DNA of 64,000 nucleotides from Felis catus (Eukaryota). The stretch covers positions 57,910,001 through 57,974,000 of the forward strand of contig NC_058368.1 in assembly GCF_018350175.1 (NCBI RefSeq). The letters run 5' to 3'. Position numbers and translations under genes: made by a program. The notes beneath the pieces are model-generated. The model ran no database searches, was not told the DNA's origin, and was given only the letters and a program-made list of their open reading frames with translations. Position 1 is the first letter of the stretch. Each line of letters opens with the position of its first letter. Positions 51,222 to 63,061 of the stretch are shown piece by piece.

Positions 51222-52648
51222 AGAAATCTATTTCATTTCTACAAAAATAATGAATCAGCAGAAAAAGAAATCAAGGAACCATTCCATTTACAATTGTACC
51301 AACAACAAAAAGGTGCCTAGGAATAAACCTAACCAAAGAGGTGAAAGACCTGTACTCTTAAAATTAAAGAACACTGATGAAAGAAATTGAAGATGACACA
51401 AAGGGAAAGAAATTCCATACTCATGCACTAGAAGAACAAATATTGTTAAAATGTTTATACCATCCTTTCTACACATTTAATGCAATCCCTATCAATATCC
51501 CACCAGCATTTTTCACAGAATTAGAACAAACAATGCTTAAATTTGTATGGAACCACAAAAGACCCCAAATAGCTAAAGCAAACTTGAAAAGAAAAGCAAA
51601 GCTGGAGGCATCACAATTCCGGACTTCAGGTTCTATTACAAAGCTGTAGTAATCAAAATTGTATGGTACTGGCACAAAAATAGACTTATATATCAGTAGA
51701 ACAGAATAGAAAACCCAAAAATGAACCCATAACCACATGGTCAATTAATCTTTGAGAAAGCAGGAAAGAATATCCAATGGTAAAAGGACAGTCACTTCAA
51801 CAAATGGTGTTGGAAAAACTGGACATGCAAAAGAATAAAATTGGACTACTTCTTACCATACACAAAAATAAATTCCAAATGGATTAAAGAGCTAAAGATG
51901 AGATGTGAAACCATTAAAATCCTAGAGAAGAACACAGGCAGCAACATCTTTCATATTGGCTGTAGCAACTTCGTACTAGCTATGTCTCCTGCAGCAAGGG
52001 AAACAATAGCAAAAATAATCTATTGGGACTTCATCAAAATCTTCTGCAGAGTGAAGAAAACAGTCAACAAAACTAAAAGCTAACCTATGGAATGGGAGAA
52101 GATATTTGACAATGACATATCTGATAAAGGGTTAGTTTCCAAAATATATAAGGAACTTATCAAACTCAACACCCCAAAACCAAATAACCCAGTTAAGAAA
52201 TGGGCATAAGACATATATAGACAGTTTTCCAAAGGACATACAGATTAGCTAACAGACACATTAAAAGATGTTCAACATTATTCATCATCGGGGAAATTCA
52301 AATCAAAACCATGATGAGATATCACATCACACTTGTCAGAATGGCTAAAATTAAAGAGACAGGAAATAGCAGATGTTGATGAGGATATGGAGAAAGAGGA
52401 ACCCTCCTACATTGTTTGTGGAAATGCAAACTGGTGCAGCCACTGTGGAAAACAGTATGGAGGCTCCTCAAAAAATTAAATACAGAACTACCCTATGATC
52501 CAGCAATTGCACTACTATTATCCAAAGAATACAAAAATACTAAATAAAGGGTTACGTGTATACTGATATTTATAGCAACATTACCAACAGTAGCCAATTA
52601 TGGAAAGAGCCAAAATGTCCACTGATTGATGAATGGATAAAGATGTGG

Positions 52649-52656
52649 TGTGTGTG

Positions 52657-52716
<60 letters not shown>

Positions 52717-52912
52717 CACGTATATATATTTGTTGTTGTTGTTTTTATCATGAATGGATATTGTATTTCATTAAATCCTTTTTCTGCAGCAATTGAAAGG
52801 ATCATATTTTTCTTATACTTTCTTTTATTAATGATATATCCTACATATATCATATATATAATATATGTTAGTATCATATATACTAGATATATCATATATA
52901 TATATATATATT
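52649..52912. repeat. (TA)n-rich array interrupted by an inverted L1 fragment
   Basis: TA runs ~52657-52729 and ~52842-52911. Confidence 0.93.
52741..52840 (-). mobile_element. Inverted 100-bp L1 ORF2 (RT region) fragment
   Basis: Reverse complement aligns without gaps to 50293-50392 with about 15 mismatches; minus-strand translation [31 protein letters not shown]. Confidence 0.92.
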
Positions 52913-54497
52913 TAATAGATTATTAGTTAGCCACAAAACAGAATGAAATTTTGCCTTTGCAGTGATGTGGATGGAGCTAGAGTATTATGTGAATTGAAAT
53001 GAGTCAGTCAGAGAAAGACAAATACCATATGATCTCACCCATGTGGAATTTAAGAAACAAAACAAATGAGCAAAGGGGAAAAACAAGGGAGAGAGAAAAG
53101 GGGGGGGGGACTACAAAACAGACTCTTAACTACAGAGAACAAACTGATGGTTCCCAGAAGGGAGGTGGGTGGGGGGATGGGTTACACAGGCAATGGGGAT
53201 TAAAGAGGGCACTTGTTGTGATGAGTATGGAACTGTTGAATCACTACATTGTACACCTGAAATTCATATTACACTGTATGTTAACTAACTGAAATTTAAA
53301 TAAAAACTTAAAAAATATCAGGTGTCTTATTTTTGTAATCCAGGTAATTCTGTTTTATTTCCTCATTCTTTGAACTCCACTTATTTACTGAAGTATTTTT
53401 ATAATCTCTTGCAAAAGAAAAAAAAGAACAGAAGCAGAATTAGTTTGCATCATATTGATGTATTAATTTCACACTTGACATGTGACAGTTTATTTTGTTT
53501 ACTAATGGATACAAACAATAACATCAAAATGCAGAGTATAAAAATTATTGGCAATATTGGCCATTATTTATACTGAAAAGCCGTGTTGTTTAGAAGTTTG
53601 GGGAAAAAATCAATATCTTCCTTGGAATTCAGTGGAATACATTAAATCTCTTTTTGTTTATTTGGCAGTAAAAGTAAATTGCAGAATAAAGGAGAAAACC
53701 GTGCAGTCAAACACTAATCCACTTGTTATCTAAGCTTATACATATGCATATACACAAGCACACAAATCAGCCACACATGTAAGATATCTAATGATTTTCT
53801 GTTGCGTAAAGCCTATACTCTTATTTAACTCATAGAACATTAGTACTGGGCAAACTAAACATTACATCATTGAAGCCTGTCTTTTTATTGCCAAGGTCAT
53901 AGAGTGAAATGCTTAAAGTAAGAGTCAATTCATCTTCCAAGTTTCCTTTTTGTTTCCTTTTTGTTATAACACTTTGTCCCATCTATCTAGAAACCCTAGA
54001 AAAAATATAGTAAAAGCACATTTCTAAAATCCCAAGATCATTTTAAGGGATAATTCCTTCTTCTACCTTCATGTTCCAGAAGCTTGTTATTCAATTTTTG
54101 ATCCCCAACATATTAGAGGCTTTGCTAACGCCTCTTTCTGGTACTGAATCATCCAACACAAAAAAGTTTCTCTGTGTAGTGTATGAAAAAGTTAGAATGA
54201 GTTTGGAAACTTAAATACACTTGATGAGAGTGGTAGTAATTTAATATTTTTATTATAGACAAATATATCTAAAATATCTAGAGATATTTCCTATCTCTAT
54301 TCCTAGACTAGAAACTACCAGTACAAATTGCTGAATCATATAGTATAGTATAGGAAAGCCAATGATAAACAAGCTCAGGCTCTATCCTAGAGTATTATAC
54401 TTTAAAAAGTCTGATATAACTCCATAAGACTTTTACATTTTTCCATGATATATTTTGAAGTTAAGAAACTTAACTTTGTTATATGAGCTCCATTTTC

Positions 54498-54619
54498 TTT
54501 TCTTATTTTTAAAGGTTTTTTATTTATTTAAATAATCTCTACACCCCATGTGGGACTTGAATTCATGACCCCAAGATGAAGAGTCTCATGTTTCTCTGAA
54601 TTAGACAGCCAGGCACCCA
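54498..54619 (-). mobile_element. Short old carnivore SINE (SINEC_old-like)
   Basis: 'taatctctacaccccatgtgggacttgaa'; TSD atgagctccattttc / atgagttctattttc. Confidence 0.88.
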
Positions 54620-54649
54620 GATGAGTTCTATTTTCAATCATTTCGTGAT

Positions 54650-54780
54650 CCATTATTCATTCACTCATTAGTCTATTCAACACATATTTTTGAGTACCTG
54701 CAGTGTACTTGAACTTTGATGGGTTATTTTATGTATTGGATAAAACAGCTGAACTCTTGCCAACTGAGGATTCTGTTTCT
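54650..54780 (-). mobile_element. L2 3' terminus
   Basis: 'ttcattcactcatt..ttcaacacatatttttgagtacct'. Confidence 0.6.
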
Positions 54781-54954
54781 AAGTCTTAGAGACTCAAACC
54801 TGCAGTTTTCATAACTGAACAAGACCTAAGTAAATCTTCAAATAAAATATCGTTTGGCTAATTTATTTAATTTTTTTCCAAAGGAGCATTCCATCTTGTG
54901 TAGACAGGTAGTTAAGTGAGTCTGATTTTCAAGTTATTGTACTACTTGAGGGGA

Positions 54955-55160
54955 CACAGAGTGGAGAAATTAGAAATGAAGGCTCTGGGTCCAAATCTGC
55001 CTGCCTTCAAATTCCAGGTCTGCCATGCACTAGTTGTGTGACCTTGACCAAGTTACCTACTTCTTCATTCTTAGTTGCTAATATGAGAATTAACATCATC
55101 ATATTGAGTTAACTGATATAAAGACAGAGAAGAACTTGGCACATGTTACATGCTATTGCT
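54955..55160 (+). mobile_element. MIR
   Basis: 'ttcaaattccaggtctgccatgcactagttgtgtgaccttgaccaagttac'. Confidence 0.75.
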
Positions 55161-55920
55161 AGCATAAAAGTTTTCCTTAAATAGAATTGTAATTACAGTT
55201 ACAATTTAGGCAGGGCAGGAGATAATGCTGGGCATTAAGGTAGAAGCCAGATGACTTAGAATATAAAAATAAAGTTATTTGACTATTGGACATATGAGGC
55301 ACTTTAATTTCTATGTAGTATTTCATAGATAGAACGGTTTGATCTAGTAAACTTATAGCTGTATGGGAACTTTTTTAGAGGGAAGCACATTATAGACAGA
55401 GTAGTCAAAAGACTTTACAAATATAATCAAAGATAAAATTCATGAGTTTGAATAAAAATAACAAAATTATAATTGAAATACAGTGACAATCTTTGAGCCA
55501 GGCAGTTTTACTGACAACTTTATAAAGCCACTGAATCTATCTTATGTGGTATGGATTATTGTTATTTCCTATTATAAAAGAAGGATTGTATTTGTTAGGG
55601 TCCATCAGATAAAAATAACCAATGGGAGATATCTATGTATGTATGTATTTGTCTATCATCATCTTGCTATTCTTCATCTGTCTTTTTATCTATCTGTATA
55701 GCTATCTAGCCATCAAGAGATTGTAAGAAATTAGATTACATGATTATGGAGGCTGAGAAGTTCAAGATCTTCAGTTAAGAGACTAGAGATCCAGGAGAGC
55801 AGATGATATAGTTTCATGTGAAAGCCAGTAGGTTTGGACTCAGAAAGAGGCAGTTTCAGTTCTAGTCTAATGGCAGGAAAAAAAAAGTCTCAAACTGAGA
55901 GAAACGAATGTGATTCCATA

Positions 55921-55924
<4 letters not shown>

Positions 55925-55973
<49 letters not shown>

Positions 55974-56001
55974 ATATAATGTATTTATATATATATATTA
56001 T

Positions 56002-56044
<43 letters not shown>
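55925..56044. repeat. Long imperfect (TA)n (~120 bp)
   Basis: Seen directly. Confidence 0.97.
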
Positions 56045-56046
<2 letters not shown>

Positions 56047-56221
56047 TTTCTTTGTTTCTTTTCCAGTTTCTATTCTTGCTAAGACTTGAACTTCCACCTT
56101 CCACATGCCTTAATGTATGTCATCCTTGCAAAGGTCAAGTAGTTAATTTCTTTGGAGTCTTCCAGCACAATAGATAACATCTAAGGAGTAACCAGCATGG
56201 TCATTATAAATGTTCTCCAAT

Positions 56222-56444
56222 GGGGCGTCTGGGTGGCTCAGTCGGTTAAGCGGCCGACTTCGGCTCAGGTCATGATCTCACGGTCCGTGAGTTCGAGCCC
56301 TGCGTCGGGCTCTGTGCTGACAGCTCGGAGCCTGGAGCCTGTTTCGGATTCTGTGTCTCCCTCTCTCTGACCCTCCCCTGTTCATGCCCTGTCTCTCTCT
56401 GTCTTAAAAATAAAATAAACGTTAAAAAAAATTAAAAAAAATAA
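56222..56444 (+). mobile_element. Young Can-SINE (SINEC_Fc)
   Basis: CpG-rich; perfect TSD ataaatgttctccaa at 56206-56220 and 56445-56459. Confidence 0.98.
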
Positions 56445-56679
56445 ATAAATGTTCTCCAAGACCACTTACTCCAAATACTTTGAAGCCATGACCCCTGGCT
56501 TCAGAGCATAAGTGATTTATAGAGGACATCTGAACATTTGTCCTTGTTTGACTAGTTCCTGAATTCCTGAGTGGACATATACACCAGACTACCATCCTCA
56601 GTAAAAACTCCAGACCCTCACGTATAGAAGAGACATGCTCTCTTCCTTTCCATGTCTCCTGGGCTCTCCTCCACCCCTA

Positions 56680-56683
<4 letters not shown>

Positions 56684-56728
<45 letters not shown>
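56684..56728. repeat. (TA)n microsatellite
   Basis: Seen directly. Confidence 0.97.
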
Positions 56729-56732
<4 letters not shown>

Positions 56733-58460
56733 CTGCTTTCACCTGCTGCTGGCTCATGTTTGATTTCCATCTTGCCTGAAGCCAGGGACTCTCTGGGTTG
56801 GTCCTGCAGGAACACCCCCGCCATCAGACTGGCCTGCCTACATCAAAGTTAGACCCAGTCATGCAGTCAAGAAGAATACATTCTCTGTCACTCACTGTAT
56901 TTGTTCTATTCAGCCCTTCAGCTCTTTAGATAAACCCCACCCAATTTAGGAAGGGCAATGTGTTTTACTCAGTCTGCCAATTCACTTGTTGTTCCCATCC
57001 AGAAGCACCCTCACAGATACACAGAATAATGTTTGACTAAATATCTGGACACCCCATGGCCCAGTCAATTTGGCCCATAAAATTAACTATTACAGGGATG
57101 TTTAGGAGCTTGTCTAATATACTACAGTCTTTAAGTGGTAGAGCTCAATTTTATACTCAAGTCTTTTTAACTTGATAGCTTTCTCAGCCTTTATAATTAT
57201 TAATTTACATAAAATAAGACAGTAAATATTTTTGGATTGATTTATTTCATGTGCTAATAAAAATGAAGATACAGTCAAAGATAAATTATGGTTCCTCAGT
57301 CAATAATTGTAGGATTAGGTAGCAGAAACAGACTGAGTTAGCACAACACTGAAAGAGATGATTCATTCGCCCTGGCATATAGTAATTCTTAGCTAACTGT
57401 TGTATGCCCAGAAAAGGATGTCAAGCATACAGTCAAATATTCATCTGTAAAGCAGTCAGAGCGGTGAGAGCAAAAAACCAGAGATCATAAATTTAAGATG
57501 CAAAAATAAAAATGAAACGAAATTGTCAAAGAAGCACCAGGATAATGAGAGCAAACAAGGAGGGTACAAGCAAGGGGCTGGAGTTCTGCAGCATTGATGA
57601 AACTGTAGAGTGATACAGTCATATAAGGATGGGAATGCTTTTCATTAAATTTAATACCTAGGAGGCTTTTAATTTCTTTACAGGGAATATTTTGAATTCA
57701 GGCTTGGAGAAAGAAATTAAATTGTTGGATTTTAAAATGCCAGTAGTGAATGAGAGCCAAGAAACTGGACTCAAAATATAGAATACATGTTCTGTAATTT
57801 GAATAAATGAAGGGGAAATAAAGTCTGAGAGTCAGTAGAATAAATAGAGACATTTGTTTTATATTGTTGTCTTTGTTGATATTGAGATTGATACATACAC
57901 AACAAATTGATAGAAGATGAGTATCTAATGGAGATAGGAATCTTTTCCTGGAGCAGTGTCCATGAGGAGATGGGTAATAAAATTATGGAAAGCACATGCA
58001 TCTGAAATAGGCTTGTAGACAAAGGGGATGACATCCCAAAATAGGTAAATTTCCATCTCTGGGTTCTATTCTCTTTCATGCTTCACATAAGTATTGCTTC
58101 ATAGATAAAATTTAATTCCCAAGAGGCTGTAAATCCTTCAGATTCTCATTCTTCTTCTTGCAGTGACATTGAATGTCTTGCCCAGAGCTTTGCTTGTGCT
58201 TTTGAGTTTCATTCAACTTTTGAGAAAATAGTGTCCCAACTTTCTAGGTAATTTTTTTTGAAAATTGCATCTATACACCCATATGTTCCCCATCTTAATA
58301 TCATGCATTATCTGATTTTTTTCTTGCTTTGTCTCTCAATGACAAAGAAAAAAATAACTGAATATTACTCAATGCTGTAAATAAAAATGTGACAGTGACC
58401 TTAGGCAGTCTAAAGATGATAAAGATAGACATCGAATGCATTCTCACTGGAAATATTTTT

Positions 58461-58671
58461 TAAAATTTTTTAACGTTTATTTATTATTGAGAGAGAGACA
58501 CAGAGCATGAGCAGAGTAGGGGTAGAGAAACGAGGAGACATAGAATCTGAGGTAGGCTCCAGGCTCTGAGCTATCAGCACAGAGCCCAGTGCGGGGCTCG
58601 AACTCACAAACTGTGAGATCATGACCTGAGCCGAAGTCGGTCGCTTAACCAACTGAGCCACCCAGGTGCCC
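58461..58671 (-). mobile_element. Can-SINE (SINEC_Fc)
   Basis: Perfect TSD cactggaaatattttt at 58445-58460 and 58672-58687. Confidence 0.97.
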
Positions 58672-58999
58672 CACTGGAAATATTTTTGAAATTGTTTCCA
58701 GTAAACAGAATGGCTAAGTATTCTTTCTCTTTTTCTTAACAAACCATTCCAGAAGACAAACCATATAACAAGCCTGGAATGTCTCAGATCAGTCCTAGAA
58801 CTTCTTGCTAGGTCAACATTCAATTTAGTTAAGGTACTGAAACTTGTCTTAACAGATAAATCTTGATTTCTCAGAGATTTCACAAAAGATATCTTTTTGG
58901 AGACTGGAAGGTAAAAAGCAAAGCAGAAACTGTTTTGTAGCCCACATATATGTTGCTCACCTTCTGGATTAATTCAATGACATGAGGTAGTCACAACAC

Positions 59000-59446
59000 T
59001 GGAGTGCCTTCACTTTCCTATGGATTCTCTCTTTGCTTCTCACACTTCTGGGTCCAGTGAGTGTGTTTATCAGCATGACAGAGAACTCAATTTCTATAGA
59101 TTCCTCCCCAACAAGATCAGAGGCAACAAGCACTAATACAGATTTCAGAGTCCATTTTCATGGGAGTCCAGCTCAGGCTAATGGGCTCCAGCTTGATCTT
59201 GCATGATCTCCCCAGTTTTCTTTCTTGACTTGCCTGTCCTGTCTGTGTTTATTTCTAGCATCAGATTTACTTAGAAAAGCTTTAGGGGCTAACTTAATTA
59301 GCACCCAAAATTGCTTAAAGTTCAAATTCCTATAACCAAAAATAAACGAATGAATGAATTAATTAATTATGTATGTGAATATATATACAATAAAATATAT
59401 ATAATGCTAATAGCTTTGCTTCTTTAACAAAACCTTAATTTATATA
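59000..59446 (+). mobile_element. Degraded ERVL LTR 3' part (MLT2F-like)
   Basis: 'cacccaaaattgc...caaattcctataa' and terminal 'ctaatagctttgcttctttaacaaaacct'. Confidence 0.4.
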
Positions 59447-59454
59447 TCCAGTTT

Positions 59455-59790
59455 TTATCTCTAGCATAAATTCTCCTCTGTAATCTACAGTGGTACGCAA
59501 ACTGCCTGCTCCAATAAACACTTTAAATTTATCATACTTAAAATCTACCAAACTCAAAGCAAAACTTCTAAATTTCTCTCTAAAACTATTTCACATACAT
59601 GCTCATGTCAATAAACAGATATTACAACCTCTTCAGTTGCTCAGGTTTGAGAACATCTTGGATATTGCTCTTTTTCTTACACTCACTCATGACCTCTGTA
59701 AGAAAATTTGAAGCTCATCCACTATTTATTTCACTTATATACTAAACAACAGACTAATTAACATAATCTATGATTTCTTGACTACAGAAG
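59455..59790 (+). mobile_element. Degraded L2 fragment
   Basis: 'cttcagttgctcagg...catcttggatattgctcttt' resembles L2 3' region. Confidence 0.4.
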
Positions 59791-60312
59791 GATCTTGCAA
59801 GTTCACTGTTACATTTTTAAAACTATAAGACATAATTGTTCTCTTCAGCAGCTTAAAATCGAATTGTGGAATAAAAGATCCAAAAAACCACAGCAACAAC
59901 TATAGATCTTTGGAAGGCTGATGATGAGCAAGTTTAATGAAAAATGAAGGAAAAGAGGAAAGAAGAGAAGGAAGAGGCAAAAGAAAAACAAAAAGGAGAA
60001 GAATCACATTTGGGCACATTGATATAGAGCTGAATGAAATGGGCTAGAGGTTTAGAGGAGCATATTGTGGATTTTGAGCTAAATCTTGAAGAACAAATAT
60101 AGCTTCGATAAAAAGAAAGACAGGGAAAAGGCATACCATTCTAAAGTGCTCAGAAAAAAAGTACAAGAATTGCAAGGACTGCCAAATGTTTTGGACAGTA
60201 TGCAAGGTTAAATGATTAAGTTAACATAACCGTAAAATAAAGGTGCTAATAATAAACAGTTCAGGATGACCTCTACCTACCACCCCACTTATTATTAAAT
60301 TGATATTATTTT

Positions 60313-60549
60313 TATTTTATTTATTTGTATGATTATTTTTCTTATCTTTTTTTCTTTTTCTTTCTTTTGTTTTTGTTTTGAGAGAGGACACAAGTAGGGG
60401 AGAAGGGCAAAGGAGAAAGAGAGAATCTTAAGCAGGTTCAACACTCAGCATGGAGCCCAATGTGAAGCTCATTCCCATGACCCTGGGATCATGACCTGAA
60501 CCAAAATCAAAAGTCAGGCACTCAAATGACTGAGCCACCAAGGCCCCCC
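60313..60549 (-). mobile_element. Can-SINE (older) with long degenerate tail
   Basis: TSD aaattgatattatttt / aagttgatgttatttt. Confidence 0.92.
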
Positions 60550-61779
60550 AAGTTGATGTTATTTTAGAAGCAATTATATATTAAAGGTCATTACATTCTT
60601 CATTTATCTTAAATGAACTTCTATTGATCAGCGTATATATTTTTATTTTTAGCAGCACTGCTTTTCAGTATATAATGGGATATATTCATACTCTTAAGAT
60701 AATGCTTACATTGATCATTTCAGATAGAGTCAATGTGATTTTTTGGTTGCTTTGATATATTTTATATGTTGGGAAATGAATATTTAAACAAAATAGGAAA
60801 GATTTTGAAGTTTACAAATGAATGTACTAGGCCTTTGTAATCATATAAAGGATCAGCTAAACTGATAACTTGGCTGATAAAAATGTATTTATATGTAAAG
60901 TTGCTGATTTTTCAGAATATTCACAGAATTTTTTTTAAAAATCTTAATAAAATGCAGAAACGCATACCTCTATAAATTAGAAAGCTGAATACAAATAGCA
61001 AGGTATTCAAACAAACTTCTTTCACACATATAGTTTCACTAATGCAAAGTTCACCTCATGAGTTTATAAAAAGATGCCTCGAGATTTCCTAAATCTTCTT
61101 TTGAAAAAAAATGAAAGCAAAGATTTGGGATGGTTGCATTGGAGGAAAAGGATCTTAGGTAGAAGACTTCTGGGACATAACCTGTGTTTCCTATGGACAA
61201 ATGAATTTGTATTTTTATATTGACTTTATGGTTCTATATTTAATTAAATGCTTAGTTTTCAATCCAGGGCTAGCAAGGATTTTGATTTCTGTGTAAGGTT
61301 TGGAATCTGATTTAGTGCACCTTTACAAGTGCTGACTGAGTTGAGCTAGCAAAACTTTATATATTACGACTGAATGGACAGAGCCTCCCTGGCCTTGAGA
61401 AAGCTGGGCTTTCATAAAATATATGTTGTTAAAAATCCCTCAGAAATTATCTATTTTTGTATATATTTGTGAGAAATAATTACCAATTCAAAATTTGATT
61501 TGTGAACTTCTGCTTGACTAAAGTGATCAGTAATTATTACTTTTTACTTAAAAAAAAGTTTGCTCTTTTCAGTAAATCTATCTTTATAACAGGGATGGGG
61601 ATGAGACAAGAAAGAAGATGTGCAATTTAACAATGATTTGTATTCAAATGAACTACAATTAATAAAAGAATTAGAAAAAGTCTTAATAATCCAAATAAAA
61701 TGTCAGACTATAGCTCTTCTTGTTAGTAATGGGGGATGGTGAGAAGTAAGAAAAAACTGACTAGTGAAAAATAATGATA

Positions 61780-61950
61780 GAAGACCTATACTCTTGAGTA
61801 CTTATTATGTGCCAAACATTATGCATCATTTCTTATCATTTATTACATTCATCTTTAAATGCATATATAGATTGGGACCTCTAAGTCACTATGACAAGAA
61901 TCTAGATAACAGTAGAGCTTAAATCTAAACCTCAATTTGTTTGGTGAAAC
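61780..61950 (-). mobile_element. MIR fragment
   Basis: 'ttgagtacttattatgtgccaaacattatgc'. Confidence 0.5.
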
Positions 61951-62838
61951 CATAATATTCTGAAGGATACTCAATGAAGACATTAGAGGATGCTTAAGAG
62001 AAAATGGAAACAAAGTATATTCTCAAAAAATTGGGCAATCAGAATCAAAACCATTAAAGAAAAACAAAAGAGCATCCCTCTTTATTCTGTCCCATGCAAT
62101 ATACTCACAACACATGTACTGGACTAAAGACCATTAAAATACTAAATTTATATTTTTGTATATAAAAATATTACACATATATAAAATGTATGAGTGTGCA
62201 TGTGTGTATGAGAGAGAGAATTATGCCGATGGTCGGTATTATCAGTGTTCCAACATTTTTTAATCATTTAGAGTGAATTTAATAATATGATATTTGCAAA
62301 GTATCAACTGAAATCTTTAGTTTGTTTAGCATGTTTTCTGTTTCACTAGGCGGCTTTCTCTAAATGAGCAATTAATATGCTGTTTGCATATAGCTAAATG
62401 CATTCTTGTAAATCATCTCAACTAGGTACTTCATGCACAATGATGAAGCTTCTAAGTGCAACTCAGACACTTCAAACAAAATACTTTGTTCCTTCTTATA
62501 TTTATCATGTACTATGGGTTTCTTTTTTTTCCCTGCTATATCCCCAGTGATTTGACTGACATTTCAGACTTGCACAATTTAAAATTGCACTTTGGCAACA
62601 ATGTAAAATTTGGGGAAATTAGGAGTTGAGTAATAGTTGAAGTAGTATTTTCCCCAATAAAAAATACTTACGAAATTTTTACTAGTGTTACTTAAATTCC
62701 TTAAATATATGTTTCTGAATTTTTACACAACTTTTAAAAGGGGAAAACATAAAATTGAACCTTGATACCTTTAGCTACAGTCAGACTTGTGACATGATAT
62801 CACTATAGAATTACATTAAGAAATCTGACAAAATAAAT

Positions 62839-63061
62839 GGGGCGCCTGAGTGGCTCAGTTGGTTAAGTGTCTGACTTTGGCTCAGGTCATGAACTTGTGG
62901 TTCATGGGTTCAAGCCCCACATCAGGTTCTGTGCTGACAGCTCAGAGCCTGGAGCCTGCTTTGGATTCTGTGTTTTCCTCTCTCTCTGCCCTTCCCCCGT
63001 TCACTCGCTCTCTCTCTCTCTCTCTCATAAATAAAATAAACATTTAAAAAACTTAAAAAAA
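62839..63061 (+). mobile_element. Can-SINE
   Basis: TSD aagaaatctgacaaaataaat / aagaaatctgaccaaaaaaat. Confidence 0.96.

Larger units (their letters stand above)
49450..53315 (+). mobile_element. LINE-1 #2, older, 5'-truncated within ORF2; carries two SINEs and an inverted L1 fragment
   Basis: ORF2 fragments ([44 protein letters not shown]); 3' end 'gttaactaactgaaatttaaataaaaactt'; no clean TSD. Confidence 0.97.
55896..56826 (+). mobile_element. Probable carnivore ERV solo LTR nested in MLT2
   Basis: Interrupts MLT2 colinearity; TG...CA ends; U5-like 'aaactctgctttcacc...gaagccaggga' tail; TSD not clean. Confidence 0.55.
55587..57094 (-). mobile_element. ERVL solo LTR (MLT2B/C-like), split by a younger insertion
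   Basis: TG...CA termini with TSD aggat/gggat; 'tgattatggaggctgagaagt' and 'caccccatggcccagtcaa...cataaaattaactattaca'. Confidence 0.8.

Noticed and set aside
49430..53330. TSD for L1 #2 (aaaaaatctatgtct / aaaaaatatcaggtgtct)
   Set aside because: Needs gaps and mismatches; cannot be supported, so the 5' boundary is approximate
910..63061. SINE orientation bias (20 minus vs 11 plus) as evidence of a plus-strand host gene
   Set aside because: Not convincing at this sample size, and both large L1s are plus strand, opposite to the usual intronic bias
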